From Somniosus microcephalus (Eukaryota), in the NCBI GenBank assembly GCA_052327205.1, contig CM126216.1:86304001-86368000 (forward strand): a stretch of 64,000 nt of DNA, given 5' to 3'. The notes below the pieces were generated by a model that saw only the letters and a list, made by a program, of their open reading frames with translations, searched no databases and had not been told where the DNA came from. Shown piece by piece: positions 1 through 12,672 of the stretch (position 1 is its first letter; the number at the start of each line of letters is the position of its first letter). The position numbers were made by a program, and so were the translations under genes.

Positions 1-59
1 GGTTGAACACATAAACGCGGTTCCATTCATACAGTGTATAAACAGGTATATCCCTGAGT

Positions 60-840
60 TTATAAATATATTTTCGCCTTGTTTATATATACTCTTGTCT
101 TAGTTTACTGGTTGTCCCTCTGTTCATGGCAAGCTGTAACATAGTGTGCCGCCAGTGTTACACAGCTTCTCTCCTCCCCCAGTAGGAATGGGAGTTTTTG
201 GTTGTCAGTCAGATTTCTGAATTCAGGGCATATTTGTGAGAATTTTTGATAGAAATTCTCTCTGATGCCCTGATATTTTCCACAGGCTGTGAGGAAGTGC
301 ATCTCTGTCTCAACTACTCCCTGACTGCAGTGAGAGCATATCCTGTCTTCTCTTGGCAGCCTGGTCTGCCTGTGTCTGCCTTTTTCGATCGCTAGGCTAT
401 GTTCGCTAAGTCTGTACCTTGTCAAGGTTCTTCTCAGTTTGTTATCCTTTACCATGGTCAGGTAATCAGCTATGTTGTATTGTCTGTTTAGGGCCAAGTA
501 GCAATTGAGTTTGCTTTGGGTTTTTGTTGTTTCTGCCCAATATGACATATTTTTCCTTTTGCTTAGCGACGATTGTGTTGGGTCGAATTCTTTGTGTTAC
601 CCTGTCACTGTCCTGGGGCTGGTTATTGTTAGTATTGTTATTAGTTACTTTATTGAGTCCCAGGACTAGTTGACTGAGGGTATTCTTCTTTATGGTCAGC
701 TCTTGGCATTTCAGGGCGTCGTAGTGATAGCATTGGGGGTTGCTCATTTGTAGGTGATTCCAAAATTTGGTGGCTCTTTTTTGGATAGTGATTATTAATG
801 GGTATTGGCCTAGTTCCGCCCTGCATGCGTTGTTTACTGT
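60..840 (-). mobile_element. 3' fragment of a non-LTR retrotransposon ORF2, RTEX-like (C-terminal CCHC region)
   Basis: ORFs 466..897 and 105..548 join across a frameshift: NNACRAELGQYPL...KFWNHL...RYRLSEHSLAIEKGRH...RICSHC...ETEMHFLTAC, a LINE post-RT/zinc-knuckle tail. Clade assignment is from motif recall. Confidence 0.7.
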
Positions 841-908
841 CAGTTTCAGAGGGGTAATGACAGCGAACACTGACAGTTTTGCTGTGATTACCACCACAAA
901 ATCCGGGC
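841..908. mobile_element. Terminal piece of a non-autonomous DNA transposon (Harbinger-like)
   Basis: cagtttcagaggggtaat...attaccaccacaaaatccgggcc is the reverse complement of the element end at 63485 (ggcccagattttgtggtggtaat...attacccctctgaaactg). Confidence 0.55.
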
Positions 909-1210
909 CATTAAAAAATAAAAGTCTTAACTAGGTGTAAACAAGTTGTGGCTGTTGACCTAAGTTTATTTGTAAGTGTAATGTCAGCATGTGTGTAAAT
1001 TTGGGTCATTTTAAACCTGATTATCAAAGGCTGTTGATGCCCGATGGACCAGTATAGAAAGTTGAGGGCATTCTGAAATGCCAGGTGTGTTTTTTAAATC
1101 ACATGGTTATCATGGGCCAACATTATGCCTCTTCTTGCAAACCCCCATACCAGTATGTGCACAGTAAATTTAAAATTAGCTTCATTTTTAATTTTCTTCT
1201 TTACCAAAAG

Positions 1211-1362
1211 GAACCTTAGGTGGTCTTTTCACACAGATAATACAAGGGGAGGATATTGTGCGAGAACGCGCCATAAAGTTCCTTTCCACAAAACTGAAGA
1301 CGCTACCAGAGGAAGTAATGACCAAAGAAGTAGAAGAATACATCTTTGTGGAGTCCAAAAAG
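1211..1362 (+). CDS. API5: Apoptosis inhibitor 5, internal coding exon (first in window)
   Basis: ag|...|gtaagt boundaries; translates (G)TLGGLFTQIIQGEDIVRERAIKFLSTKLKTLPEEVMTKEVEEYIFVESKK, matching vertebrate API5. Confidence 0.96.
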
Positions 1363-2146
1363 GTAAGTGAAGTATAAAATTTATAAATTGCTGTGGGCAA
1401 ATTGTAACTTTTTAACATAATTAAATGATTGACTTAAGTACTCTCTGTAATCCGTCTCGGGTGGATGTAAAAGATCATACGGCACTATTCAAAGAAGATC
1501 AGAGTGAAACAGGGGAACAATAACTCTGTGATAACTAGATGGTTTTGTGGTTCTGGTTAAAGTAAGCCTAGTTGGTTAGTATAGCTGTTGATTGTTACGA
1601 CAGAACAGACTCCAGAAAATAGTGTGCTGAAACCACTGTACTTCTGTTCTCAGATCGAAGTAACTATAATACCCGTTCTGTATTTTGCAGTGCTGTTCAA
1701 TAAAGTTATTAAACTAAATTGTTGTGAGCTGGATTATGAGGTGTTAAAAATCACAGGGCTCCATCTTTCGAAAGTCAACACTTTGAAGTTGGTCATTTAA
1801 ATGCTTCGATTGTTATTTACCTTGAAGGTACTGTGAATTATATGAATACAGACACTGGTATTATTGTGAAAGGAGGAGATAGCACAGGGCATTTCCGAGA
1901 ACTGAATGTAAAACAATATTACGGAATGGACTTGGTTTACAGCCTGGAAGCACTGGTCTCGGTAATGGTCAGCAATTGTTTGGGGATTTTTAATTTTGTG
2001 GGGGTTACCTTTTCTCTCTCGTGTGGCCGAATTCAGTGTGCAGTAGAGTCCAGTCAGAGGAAAAGGTGTCTTTGGGGAAAATGCTGTCTAAAAATTAGCT
2101 ATTGTAATGGCTGAGTCAGAGTTGCACTAAGATGCGATGACACAAA

Positions 2147-2291
2147 GGCTGGGAAATTCCTCTAAGCTGCTCCCACTCTGCTGCTGAAGTGTAGTCGAAA
2201 CCCCATTTACGCATGTAAACAGGGCTTCTGCCGCACTTCCGGTAAAGGTATGTCAGCAGAGCGGGTACAGCTCTGAGCAGTTTCCTGGTCC
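2147..2291. repeat. Palindromic MITE-like element
   Basis: Imperfect inverted arms gggaaattcctctaagctgctcccactctgctg / cagcagagcgggtacagctctgagcagtttcc around a central ccccatttacgcatgtaaacaggg. Confidence 0.55.
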
Positions 2292-3116
2292 AAACTTCTA
2301 GTTATGGAATTTCTCAAATGTGCTGTAAAGTTTCCAACTCTCAACTGAACTGCTGCCAGCTTGACACTTTGACCCAAAAGAGGTGATATCCCACTGCTTC
2401 AGCTCAGCTTGAGATGCAGTATAACCTGAACTGGTGCGATGTGGAGCGTATTTAAATTTCTAATATTGGGACAAAGCAAACAGAACATTTTATTTTCTAA
2501 CATTAGAAATGTCACCAGCAAATGCCAGTGAGCAAAGATCTGCACGTGCATTTAAGTACTCATCTGCAGAACTCTACTTTGAGCAGGATCACAGCATTCT
2601 GTGGCTGTACTAAAGTGGCAACATCTAAGAGTAGAAAATGTTTGTTAGCAAGCAAAGAAAGATTTGTTAGTATAAAAAGGACGAATGATCTTTTTCCAAT
2701 CAAGCCCATTACCTCATGTGCACCATGTACAACTGCAGTACCATGGCATTTTTCCTAGCTCAATCCAAAAATGCCCAAGTAGTTGAGTACTAAAAGTTTT
2801 TAGTATTGACCACCTACTTTTTACAAATTACTGCAACTTTGTTTTTAAAATAAACGCAAACTTCAAAAAAAAGTCAAACCAAAGTACACTTGTTAATTCT
2901 CTTCTGGAAATAAACCAAATAACTTTATTCAGGTTGTTACTACAGTGCTCAAAAAGGACTAGATCAAATGTAGGAAATCAAAATTCCAAATACACAATGA
3001 TGAACAACTTTGCGCTGTTGTCATTCCCCCTCTTCCCCCAAACATTTTTTAGTGCAGGAATGCAATTTGTAGGGAGCAACATTTATCCCATATATATGCA
3101 TTTATTTTGTTTTTAG

Positions 3117-3323
3117 GTACTGGATGATGTTACAGGAGAGGAGTTTGTTTTATTCATGAAGATTCTGTCTAGCCTGAAGAACCTTCAGACAGTAAGTGGT
3201 CGACAACAGCTGGTGGAGCTGGTGGCTGAACAGGCAGATTTGGAGCAGGTGTTTAATCCTGCAGATCCAGATTCCGTGGACAGACTACTGCAGTGCACAA
3301 GACAGGCAGTTCCACTTTTCTCG
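3117..3323 (+). CDS. API5: API5 coding exon
   Basis: ttttag|GTA...TCG|gtaagg; VLDDVTGEEFVLFMKILSSLKNLQTVSGRQQLVELVAEQADLEQVFNPADPDSVDRLLQCTRQAVPLFS. Confidence 0.97.
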
Positions 3324-3889
3324 GTAAGGCTAAATTTAATTTCAAAGTATTTCAAAATTGCTGACCCAAATTCATTTCTGGCTTGCCCTCTGCAGTGTAA
3401 CTATATCCGTAGCCGGACATGTGGAAGAAGCTCAAGTTTTTACAGTAGGATTTCCGCCAACGTTTGCAATAAAATAGTGTCACGAAAGCTGTTGTTTCAA
3501 ATAGCCATTTGTACTGTTTGAAGGTGGACAGATACTTTTGGTTCTATTTAACTATGAGCCTCATCCAGAATCTTTAAAAAAAATCTGCAATTCTAGGTAC
3601 TCTGGACATAGCATCCAAAAAAGCATCTTTTATATCCACTAAATGTATTTTGTTTTTAAGAAGTGGACTATAGCTAATGTAGATTTTAATAGTCACAGTA
3701 ATTTGGTTTATATTGGTTTGTGTGACCTAACTTTCAGTTATATTTTATTTGTGTGCACCAACTGGGCTTTTAATAAGTTGATTTGAATATTTCATAATGC
3801 TCTTGAAGAGTTAAGTGTTAGGAATAGCAAGGATGATTGTGAATGTCAGATTTACTTTAGAGCATATTTCTATTTAGGACTTGCTATGA

Positions 3890-4340
3890 GATAAGATAGA
3901 AGTTTGTGTAGGAGTGAGCCCAGGTGGTCAAAATGAGCATTGAAGAGAATGTGAATGAGGGTTTCAGCCGTAGTGGGGATGAGGTGGGGACTGATAAAAG
4001 CAAGATTATGGAGGTGAAAACGGGCCATCTTGGTGATGTGCTTGATGTGGGAGGTTTGAGGCTCAGCTTAGCAGAACAGTAACATTGTGCAATGTTGGGT
4101 TTAGCCTGAGCAAGTAGCCAAGTAAGGGGAATGGATTTCAGAGTAGGGCATTGAACTTCTCAGACTGAACAGGATGACTTTGGTCTTGCCAGTAGTTGGA
4201 GAACGTTCTAGCTTATCAGCAACTTAATGTTGGCAGATAGTCATACAGTGATAGTTATGGAGTTAAGCATGGTGGTAGAGAGGCAAAGCCGAGTGTTGTC
4301 TACATATATATGGAAGCTGATCCAATGCTTATGGATGACA
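3890..4340 (-). mobile_element. Degraded L2 LINE fragment
   Basis: Local similarity to the L2 copy at 27850-28290 (gatgagggtttcagc, ggaggtg, gtgttgtctacata). Confidence 0.45.
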
Positions 4341-4764
4341 AATGATTTGCCAGAGTGTTACGAGCAGAGTTTGAGTGTAATGTAGGCAACAAGAGCACCA
4401 GTGGAATTGCCATATTGAAATCAATGGCATCAAACTTTCAAGATGATTAATACTTTGAGGGCTAACGGATTTTCTAGCTTTAAAAAGTACCTTGCAACCG
4501 AGTTAAGCCGCGTCATGTGACAGGTGTTGCAGTATTAAAAGCCTTTTTCTTAACCCTGCAAACATGTGATGCTGCTTAACTAGGTTGCTAGGTAATTTCT
4601 AAAGTTAGAAAATGTGTTCTAAATAATACCTTGGATCATGCATAAAAGAACATTGATTCCTCACTGATTAAAGTTAGAATCCTGAAAAAGTGCTAAATTC
4701 AGCAAAAAGAAGTGATATATACCTTTGCCTTGTACATTCAGTGTTATTTGTGCTTATCTTTCAG

Positions 4765-4869
4765 AAAAATGTGCATTCAACCAGGTTTGTCACCTACTTT
4801 TGTGAGCAAGTGCTGCCAAACCTAAGCTCCCTTACTAGTCCAGTGGAAGGACTTGACATTCAGTTGGAG
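4765..4869 (+). CDS. API5: API5 coding exon
   Basis: tttcag|AAA...GAG|gtaaga; KNVHSTRFVTYFCEQVLPNLSSLTSPVEGLDIQLE. Confidence 0.97.
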
Positions 4870-5627
4870 GTAAGAGGTGGACCAGCTTGATTTACTGTTT
4901 TTTGCAAAATAAGTAACTTTGATTTGAATTGTTTTATCAAAATGCAAGCTTTCCTTGTCAAGTTTGTTGTGTGTTTTGAGGATAATGCTGTTTTAAGATT
5001 ATTCTATAGTATGTCGACTGAGGCAATAAACATGGGAGAGCTCTTGTAAACAATTGACTGTTGCATAATCGATGTAAAACCAGTTAAATATTTGTTGAAT
5101 TGCTTTAAAATCTGAGTGATCTGCCAGCTGCATCATTCGTTTCCATCATGATGCACAAGTAATGGCCCTTGAATTGCATTACTTGATTCCAAACTGTCCC
5201 CTTAAACAATGGCTGCCTTAATTAGAGATGACCACAGAGCTAAAAATGCAACTTTTTAATAAGGCAATGTTTGGAAATTTCAGTGAGTTTCACAATGCAC
5301 TGATACCATGTCAGGAGTTTTTAGGATTCTGGTTCTTGTGAGCAAAGTAACCTCCTTTCTGCAAACTCTGATTTGAGAACTACTGGGCAAAGGTGGCATG
5401 TATAATTTATCACTGATGCTTTAAAGTGCATCCAGCTGTAGGAAGATCTTTGGATATAGTTCCTCAAAATGTTAACCTACATTCACCAAAGCTAGGGCCT
5501 CTATAGAATTCCTTGTAGATTTGTATTTAAAGCTATGATTGTTGTTTAACTGTATTTTAGTGTTGGTATGTTGAAATTCTTTTTTAATATTGCTTGAGTG
5601 AAAAGTTGTGCTGTTTTAATTTTGCAG

Positions 5628-5717
5628 GTTTTGAAGTTGCTGGGAGAAATGACACCTTACTGTGGTGATATGGAAAAGTTAGAAAGTAACTTGAAACAGT
5701 TATTTGAAAAATTGCTG
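5628..5717 (+). CDS. API5: API5 coding exon
   Basis: ttgcag|GTT...CTG|gtaagc; VLKLLGEMTPYCGDMEKLESNLKQLFEKLL. Confidence 0.97.
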
Positions 5718-5819
5718 GTAAGCATAAAACTTTCTCTGGAATGTATATATGCTTTTTTTCTATTCAGTTACAATATATATTTTAGAGGAATATATGTTTA
5801 TATTTGAATTGCTAATTGC

Positions 5820-8430
5820 TTACATAGGATATACAGCACAGAAACAGGCCATTCGGCCCAACCTGTCCATGCTTATGCTCGAGCCTCCTCCCGTCTTTCC
5901 TAACCCTCTATTCCCTTCTCCCTCATATGCTTGTCTAGCCTCTCCTTAAATGCATCTATACTATTCGCTTCAACCACACCCTGTGGTAGCGAGTTCCACA
6001 TTCTCACCACTCTCTGGGTAAAGAAGTTTCTTCTGAATTCCCTATTGGATTTCTTGGTGACTCTCTTATATTGATGGCCTCTAGTTATGCTCTTCCCCAC
6101 AAGTGGAAACACTCTCTCTGTATCCACTCTATCAAAACCTTTCATAATTTTAAAGACCTCTATTAGGTCACCCCTCAGACTTCTCTTTTGTAGAGAAAAG
6201 AGACCCAGCCTGTTCATCCTTTCCTGATATGTATACCCTCGCATTTCTGGTATCCATGTTTGTACATCTTCTCTGCACCCTCTCCAGTGCCTCTATCTTT
6301 TATAATATGGCGACCGGAACTGCACGCAGAACGCTAAGTGTGGTCTAACCCAGGTTCAATACAGGTTTAGCGTAACTTCCCTACTTTTCAATTCTATCCC
6401 TCTAGAAATAAACCCTAGTGCCTGGTTTGCTTTTCTATGGCCTTGCTAACCTGTGGTGCAACTTTTAGTAATTTGTGTATTTGTACTCCAAGATCCCTTT
6501 GTTCCTCTACCTCACCTAGACTCACACCCTCCAAGTAATAAGTGATCTCCCTATTCTTCCTACCAAAATGTAATACCTCACATTTATCTGCGTTGAACTT
6601 CATTTGCCAATTATATGCCCATTCTGCAAGTTTATTAATATCCTCCTCTAATTTGTTGCAGTCCTCCTCAGTGTTGACTCTTCCCCCCAATTTGGTATCA
6701 TCTGCAAATTTAGAAATTGTGTTTTTGATTCCAAAGTCTAAATCATTAATGTAAATTGTGGATCACCACTACCTACCTTCTGCCACTGTGAATAGCTACC
6801 CTTTACTCCCACTCTCTGCTTTCTGTCCTGAAGCCAGCCAGCAATCCATTCTGCTACTTGCCCCCTGACCCCGCATTTTCCGACCTTATTAATTAGCCTA
6901 TTATGGGGTACCTTATTGAAGGCCTTTTGAAAATCTAGATAAATTACATCTACTGCATTACCATTGTCTACTCTCTGTTACTTCTTCAAAAAATTCAATA
7001 AGGTTGGTCAAGCAAGACTTTCCCTTTTGAAATCCATGCTGACTATTCATTATATTATCTTTAGTTTCTAGATGTTCTTCTGTTTTCTCCCTTAGTAGGA
7101 ATTCCATTATTTTTCCTACCACTGATGTTAAGCTGACTGGTCTATAATTCCCTGGGCATGATCTATCGCCCTTCTTAAATATAAGTATTACGTTCGCTAT
7201 CCGCCAGTCCTCTTGACACTGCACCTTTTTCTAATGAATTAAATATGTGTAGTAATGCCTCTGCTGTCTCTTCCCTAGATTCTTTTAAAATGCATGGATA
7301 CAATCCATCTGGACCAGGGGGTTTATCCTCTTGAGTTTAATTAGTTTATTTAGTATATCCCCTTTTTGTATTTTAAACGCACTTAGCTCATTACTCATCT
7401 CATCATCCAGTGTCATGTCCACCTGTTCTATCTCCCTGGTAAATACTGAAGTGAAATAATGATTTAATATTTCTGCCATCTCCCTATCGTTGCCTGTGGC
7501 ATTGTCCTGTCTATCCCTTAGTGGCCCTATTTCCATCCCAACCTTTTTTTTTATTGATGTGCCTGTAAAATATTTTACTATTTTGTTTTATGTTCCTTGA
7601 TACAGTAATTTAATTTCATAGATCCTCTTTGCCTTCCTCCAGGCACTCCTCTGCTTTCTATGTATTTAATGTATGCCTCTTTCCTTAGTCTCAATTGTTT
7701 CCTTGTGTCTTTATTCACCCATGGAGTCCCATTAGTGTTTAGTTTGTTCTTTCCTTTTAGTGGAATATATTTTTCCTGCACTCTGTTGAACACCGTTTTA
7801 AATGTTTCCCATTGTCGTTCTACATCGTTGTTTGCCAATATTGTTGCCCATTTTATCTTCCCAAGTTCTATTCTCGGCTGCTCAAAATCGGCTTTTTTCC
7901 AATCCATTAACCTGGTTTTTGTCATACTTATGTCTTTCTCTATTATCATCTTAAAGCATATTATATTATGGTCACTATTGCCTATATGTGCCCCTACTTT
8001 TACTTCTCTTATCTGCTCTGGCTCATTCCCCATAAGTCCTGCATACATTGTAGGAACTCCATTCCCTTATCCCCTTTACCTATCTCTTCTGTCTGATTAA
8101 TATTGGGGTAGTTGAAATCCCCCATGATTATTCTATGTTTTTTACTCATTTCTCTAATTTGTCAGCATATTTCTTCCTCCACCTCCCTTCCACTATTAGG
8201 TGGTCTGTAGACTACGCCTATTAGTGTGATTGATCCTTTATTATCTTTTATCTCTATCCATATGGATTCTATTTTTGTCTTGCTGATAGCTGCGTCCCTT
8301 TTTTCTACTGCCATTATGTTATCCCGAATAAGTACAGCTGCTACACCTCCACTTTTCCCTCTATCTTTTCTAAATATGTTATTCCCTGCAATATTTAATT
8401 CCCAGTCCTGATTTTTCTGTTGCCATGTCT
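5820..8430 (-). mobile_element. CR1 LINE, 5'-truncated, fragmented ORF2 (part of endonuclease + RT), antisense in API5 intron
   Basis: Minus-strand ORF fragments with GNSDHNII, GNYRPVSLTSVVGK, QHGFQKGKSCLTNL, WQMKFNADKC, RGDLIEVFKIMKG, FFTQRVVRMWNSLP. Confidence 0.92.
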
Positions 8431-9046
8431 CTTTGTATTATGCAGATCCCGTGATTTAGGTTCCTTCATTTTTATTTTACATTTTTTCAAGTAGCCCTAA
8501 CATCAAAGAATTTTATTCAGAAAAAAATGATTGTACGATGCTCAATCTTTTCATCTACCACTTCTTATTTTGACCCTTGTCAGTTCACAATTGGACAACA
8601 ACTGATGGAACCAAAATGTCGTTTTCTATTGAGGAAGATGGAGGTGCAACTCTGTTCCAAATTATTCTGACACCTCTTTTCCCCCCCCCACCTCCCGTAA
8701 TTTTATTATAGTTTCAGGATGTGCCATATGCTTTTTTTTAAACAAAGTGATTGTGTCTTCATGAAATGTCTTGCAAATCATTACCAGCAATGCAATGAGA
8801 GAAACCTCACCAAATATGGTTTTTGCTTCTTTCAAAACAAATGACTTTGTCAAAACACTTCCTGAAAGACTTATCTGGTTTGAATTGTTACAGTTTCACT
8901 GGCATGGGTCAGATTTGCTGTGACTCGATTGTAGCTTCAGAAAGATTGTCCATGTGTACTCAAGTGCTTGTACAGCATCTTATAAATGCTTAAAAACTTG
9001 GAAAAAGTAGGTCTTGTAAGTAATTAGAATTTTTGGAAAAATCTAG

Positions 9047-9228
9047 GAATATATGCCATTGCCCCCAGAAGAAGCAGAAAATGGCGAAAACGCGGGCAAT
9101 GAGGAGCCCAAACTGCAGTTTAGTTATGTTGAATGTCTGCTATTTGGCTTTCATCAACTTGGAAAGAAACTTCCTGATTTCCTTACAGCAAAGCTCAATG
9201 CAGATCGACTGAAGGACTTCAAAATCAG
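9047..9228 (+). CDS. API5: API5 coding exon
   Basis: atctag|GAA...AG|gtggga; EYMPLPPEEAENGENAGNEEPKLQFSYVECLLFGFHQLGKKLPDFLTAKLNADRLKDFKI(R). Confidence 0.96.
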
Positions 9229-9484
9229 GTGGGATGAATGTTATTTATACTAAAAGCTATTTCTCTTCTAATCTGTAATCGTAAATAGACTTGATTTGTG
9301 TTCCTTGGATTTTAGTGTCTAAGTCATTTCAAAGTTTTTGATTTGACTGCAATTAGTTGCTTACTTGTAAAAATCATTTCCAATTTTCTTAAATAAGTTC
9401 TAATGAGGAAGAAAGCTCACGTTCTGGACAGCTGATAGTAAGCCTAGGAGTAATTATTGAAGATCATAACTGCATCTGTGTATG

Positions 9485-9885
9485 TAGAGAAGCTGGTCTT
9501 CTTCTCCTTAGAGCAGAGAAGATTTGATAGAAGTGTTAAAAATCATGAAGGGTTTTGCTAGAGTAGGAGAAACTGTTTCCAGTGGCAGAAGGATTGGTAA
9601 CCACAGGACACAGATTTAAGGTGATTGCCGAAAGAACCAGAGGCGACATGAGGAAACATTTTGTTACACAGCAAATTGTTGTGATCTGAAATGCACTGCC
9701 TGAAAGGGTGGTGGAAGCAAATTCAATAACTTTCAAAGGGGAATTGGTTAAATACTTCAAGGGGAAAATGTTTCAAGGCTATGGGGAAAGGGCAGGTAAG
9801 TGGAACTAGTTAGATATCTCCCAAATAGCTGGCACAGGCACAATGGGCCGAATGGCGCCTCTGTATCATTCCATGATTCTATATG
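9485..9885 (+). mobile_element. CR1 LINE 3' fragment
   Basis: Degenerate ORF2 end (agaagctgg...cttctccttagagcagagaag...aatgcactgcctgaaagggtggtggaagca) plus tail gggccgaatgg...atgattctat. Confidence 0.75.
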
Positions 9886-10608
9886 TATGCATGCATGTCA
9901 CTCGGGAGTATATGCTTCAGTTTGGATTTGTGGCATTGGCACCCTATCTCTGAAGTCTCTTCTGGCCCTATATATTCCTGTGACTCTGCCTTCTGTAGAT
10001 TCCTCCCTCCCTTCACACCACCATTGGTGGCAGAGTGTTCAGCTGCCTTGGTCCTATTCTTTGGAATTTCCTTTCTAAACCCTTCCACTTTTTAAAAAAG
10101 CTTCAAGACCCATCAATTTTGATTAAGCTTTCAGCCATCCCTCCTTGTTTTTCCTTTCTAGCTCAGCTTCCATTTTCCTTACATCTGTTTGTGAAGCACC
10201 TACAGTAAAAGCACTAATAAATGCAAGTTGTTCACAACTGATGGAATATCATTCTATTTCCGGTCAAAAGGGTATGGGAATTCGATAAATAGAAGTTGTA
10301 CTTTTTCCACTTTAGTCGCAAACTGTCAGCATAATGCAATCCCATATCAGCCATCCTTGCAACCTTTCGGGGATTGTCAGTTTAGTGTAAATTAAACAAT
10401 TTTCAGATTGGTAGCTCAGTGCAGTGAAACTGGGTTGTTACTACCCAAATTTATTTTGCTTGCAACCCGTTCAACAAGGTGGGATTATTGCAACTAAAAC
10501 ACAGAAAAGGGGATGGATTTGAATTTGGGTCTATGAGCTGAAAGAACAGTCTGGAATCTATTGTGCTACCCAGTCCCTCTGATTTTAACTGTGTAATTTA
10601 ATGTTTAG

Positions 10609-10702
10609 GTTGCAGTATTTTGCAAGAGGTTTACAGGTTTACATCAGACAGCTACGTCTTGCTCTGCAAGGAAAAACAGGTGAAGCTTTAAAAACAGAAG
10701 AG
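10609..10702 (+). CDS. API5: API5 coding exon
   Basis: gtttag|G...GAG|gtatgt; LQYFARGLQVYIRQLRLALQGKTGEALKTEE. Confidence 0.97.
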
Positions 10703-10874
10703 GTATGTATTCCAGCACAATGAGGCAGCTCGGAATAAATTGCATAATTTAACACAGTATAGTTACTGTAAGTGCCTCTTGGGGGCAGAATTGTGAAGTT
10801 TTTATGCAAGTATTTTGGAATATATGTCAATGAGAATTTCATATTTTATACATAGTGCTGTTTCTTTTCCACAG

Positions 10875-10931
10875 AACAAAATTAAAGTTGTTGCATTGAA
10901 GATAACCAATAACATTAATGTTCTCATCAAG
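10875..10931 (+). CDS. API5: API5 coding exon
   Basis: ccacag|AAC...AAG|gtaatc; NKIKVVALKITNNINVLIK. Confidence 0.97.
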
Positions 10932-11067
10932 GTAATCATTTTTTTAACTATTGATTGTAACTTCTGCACACAGGACAACTTGTGTTATTTGGGGATTTTG
11001 TGCAGCTAAAAGAATATGCTGTCATAGTTACCTACATTGTTTCGTACTGCTTAAAATGGGGCGCACT

Positions 11068-11335
11068 GCAGTGTGTACCATCTACAAGATGCACTGCAGC
11101 AACTCACCAAGGCTTCTTCAACAGCACCTCCCCAACCCACGACCTCTACCACCTAGAAAGGCAGCAGGCGCATGGGAACACCACCACCTCCAAGGTTCCC
11201 CTCCAAGTTGCATACCATCCTGACTTGGAAATATGTCGCCTTTCCTTCATAATCACTGGGTCATAATCCTGGAGTACCTTCAACATACGGACTGCAGCGG
11301 TTCAAGAAGGCAGATCACCGCCACCTTCTCAAAGG
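11068..11335 (+). mobile_element. LINE 3'-end fragment (CR1/L2 group), dispersed repeat
   Basis: Reverse complement recurs at 14335-14640 and partly at 54505-54590 and 57455-57535 (accatcctgacttggaaatat...gactgcagcggttcaagaaggc...caccaccttctc). Confidence 0.7.
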
Positions 11336-11609
11336 AACGAATAAAAAGAAATCATACAGTTCTCACAAGTGACCCATATTTAAAAATAAATCTGGCGTAG
11401 AAAAGCTACAACATTGTACTGCATACGCAAGTGTCTTGTCTAGTATAGATGGAGATCTTTTAAATGTTGTTACTTAGTACCTTGAAACATATAATGTTTT
11501 TGTACAGTTAGGCAAATAAATAGGTTATGACTTGGATATCTGGATGACAGAGACTTGGTTGTGCTGGACTGAAAACATTGTATAACTTGTGCATATTTTT
11601 TTTGGTTAG

Positions 11610-11686
11610 GATCTGTTCCACAATCCTCCCTCTTATAAAAGCACAGTCACCCTTTCTTGGAAGCCTGTACAGAAGGTTGAAGGAGG
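11610..11686 (+). CDS. API5: API5 coding exon
   Basis: ggttag|GAT...GG|gtaagt; DLFHNPPSYKSTVTLSWKPVQKVEG(G). Confidence 0.96.
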
Positions 11687-12279
11687 GTAAGTTTACCTTG
11701 GTATCTTCTGATATTGTGTACTGTTTTCATTTCTCACTGATAAGCTAATCCTCAAACTGCAGTGATCACTCAAAATTTAAAAAAACTCCTTCACATCATT
11801 CCTGAGGTCCTGACCCCTAACACTTGAATGTTCCGTTGATTAGTATTATTAATATTCTGTTGTATACCTTTTTAGAAGTCCTAAAGGGAAAGAAAGCAAC
11901 TGGCACAAGTCAGCCCAAATTCAGCAGATTTGACAACTTGTGTTTCGCCATATGATTTTACCTCTCAAAATCCTAATTAAATATTGTTGTATTGGAAAAC
12001 CCCCAATTATTATTTACCACCTTTCCTTTCCCTCCCTTCCAAAGTTTGGTATATTCTCTTCCTGGGTCAGATTATATTTAAGGGCATGATTCTGCTGCTT
12101 TTGTGGGTACCCTATCTGTTTTGAAACCAAGCGGCTGTTTGTTGATGTTTTATTTGAAAAAAATTAAAAGTTGTGCTCTTGTATAATTGCTGTTGACTAC
12201 AATAAATTTGTTCAGGATCCACATGTAGAATTCAATATGTCAAACCACTTTCATTCACTACCGGTCTATTAAAGAATAA

Positions 12280-12672
12280 GATTTTGCATTCATATAGCAC
12301 CTTCTAGTATCTCTCAAACTTCACATACAGTGAGGTTCGGTGAGTGTTACATAGATAAACCCAACAGTCATTATAAACACAGCTTGGTTTCTGCAAACAT
12401 TAATGTCCTGTTCGTCTACTTTGGTGGTGTTGATTGAGGAGGTATTTTGAATAGAACACTGGAGAATTTGCCACTTTTCCTTTTGAACAGTGCTGTTGGT
12501 TCTTTTATGTTCACCTGATGTTTTGCTCAAAGGATGGCACTTTCAACAATGCAGCACTCCCTTAGTACTGTACTGGAGGGTTGATTTTAGAATGACCTCA
12601 AACTTCTGGAATGGGACTTGAACCAACAAATTTGACCTAAAGGCAAAAGTGCTATTAACTGAGCCAAGCTGA
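12280..12672 (-). mobile_element. tRNA-headed SINE, degraded
   Basis: tgcagcactcccttagtactgtactggag...ctggaatgggacttgaacc is the reverse complement of the SINE head at 58895-59030. Confidence 0.6.
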
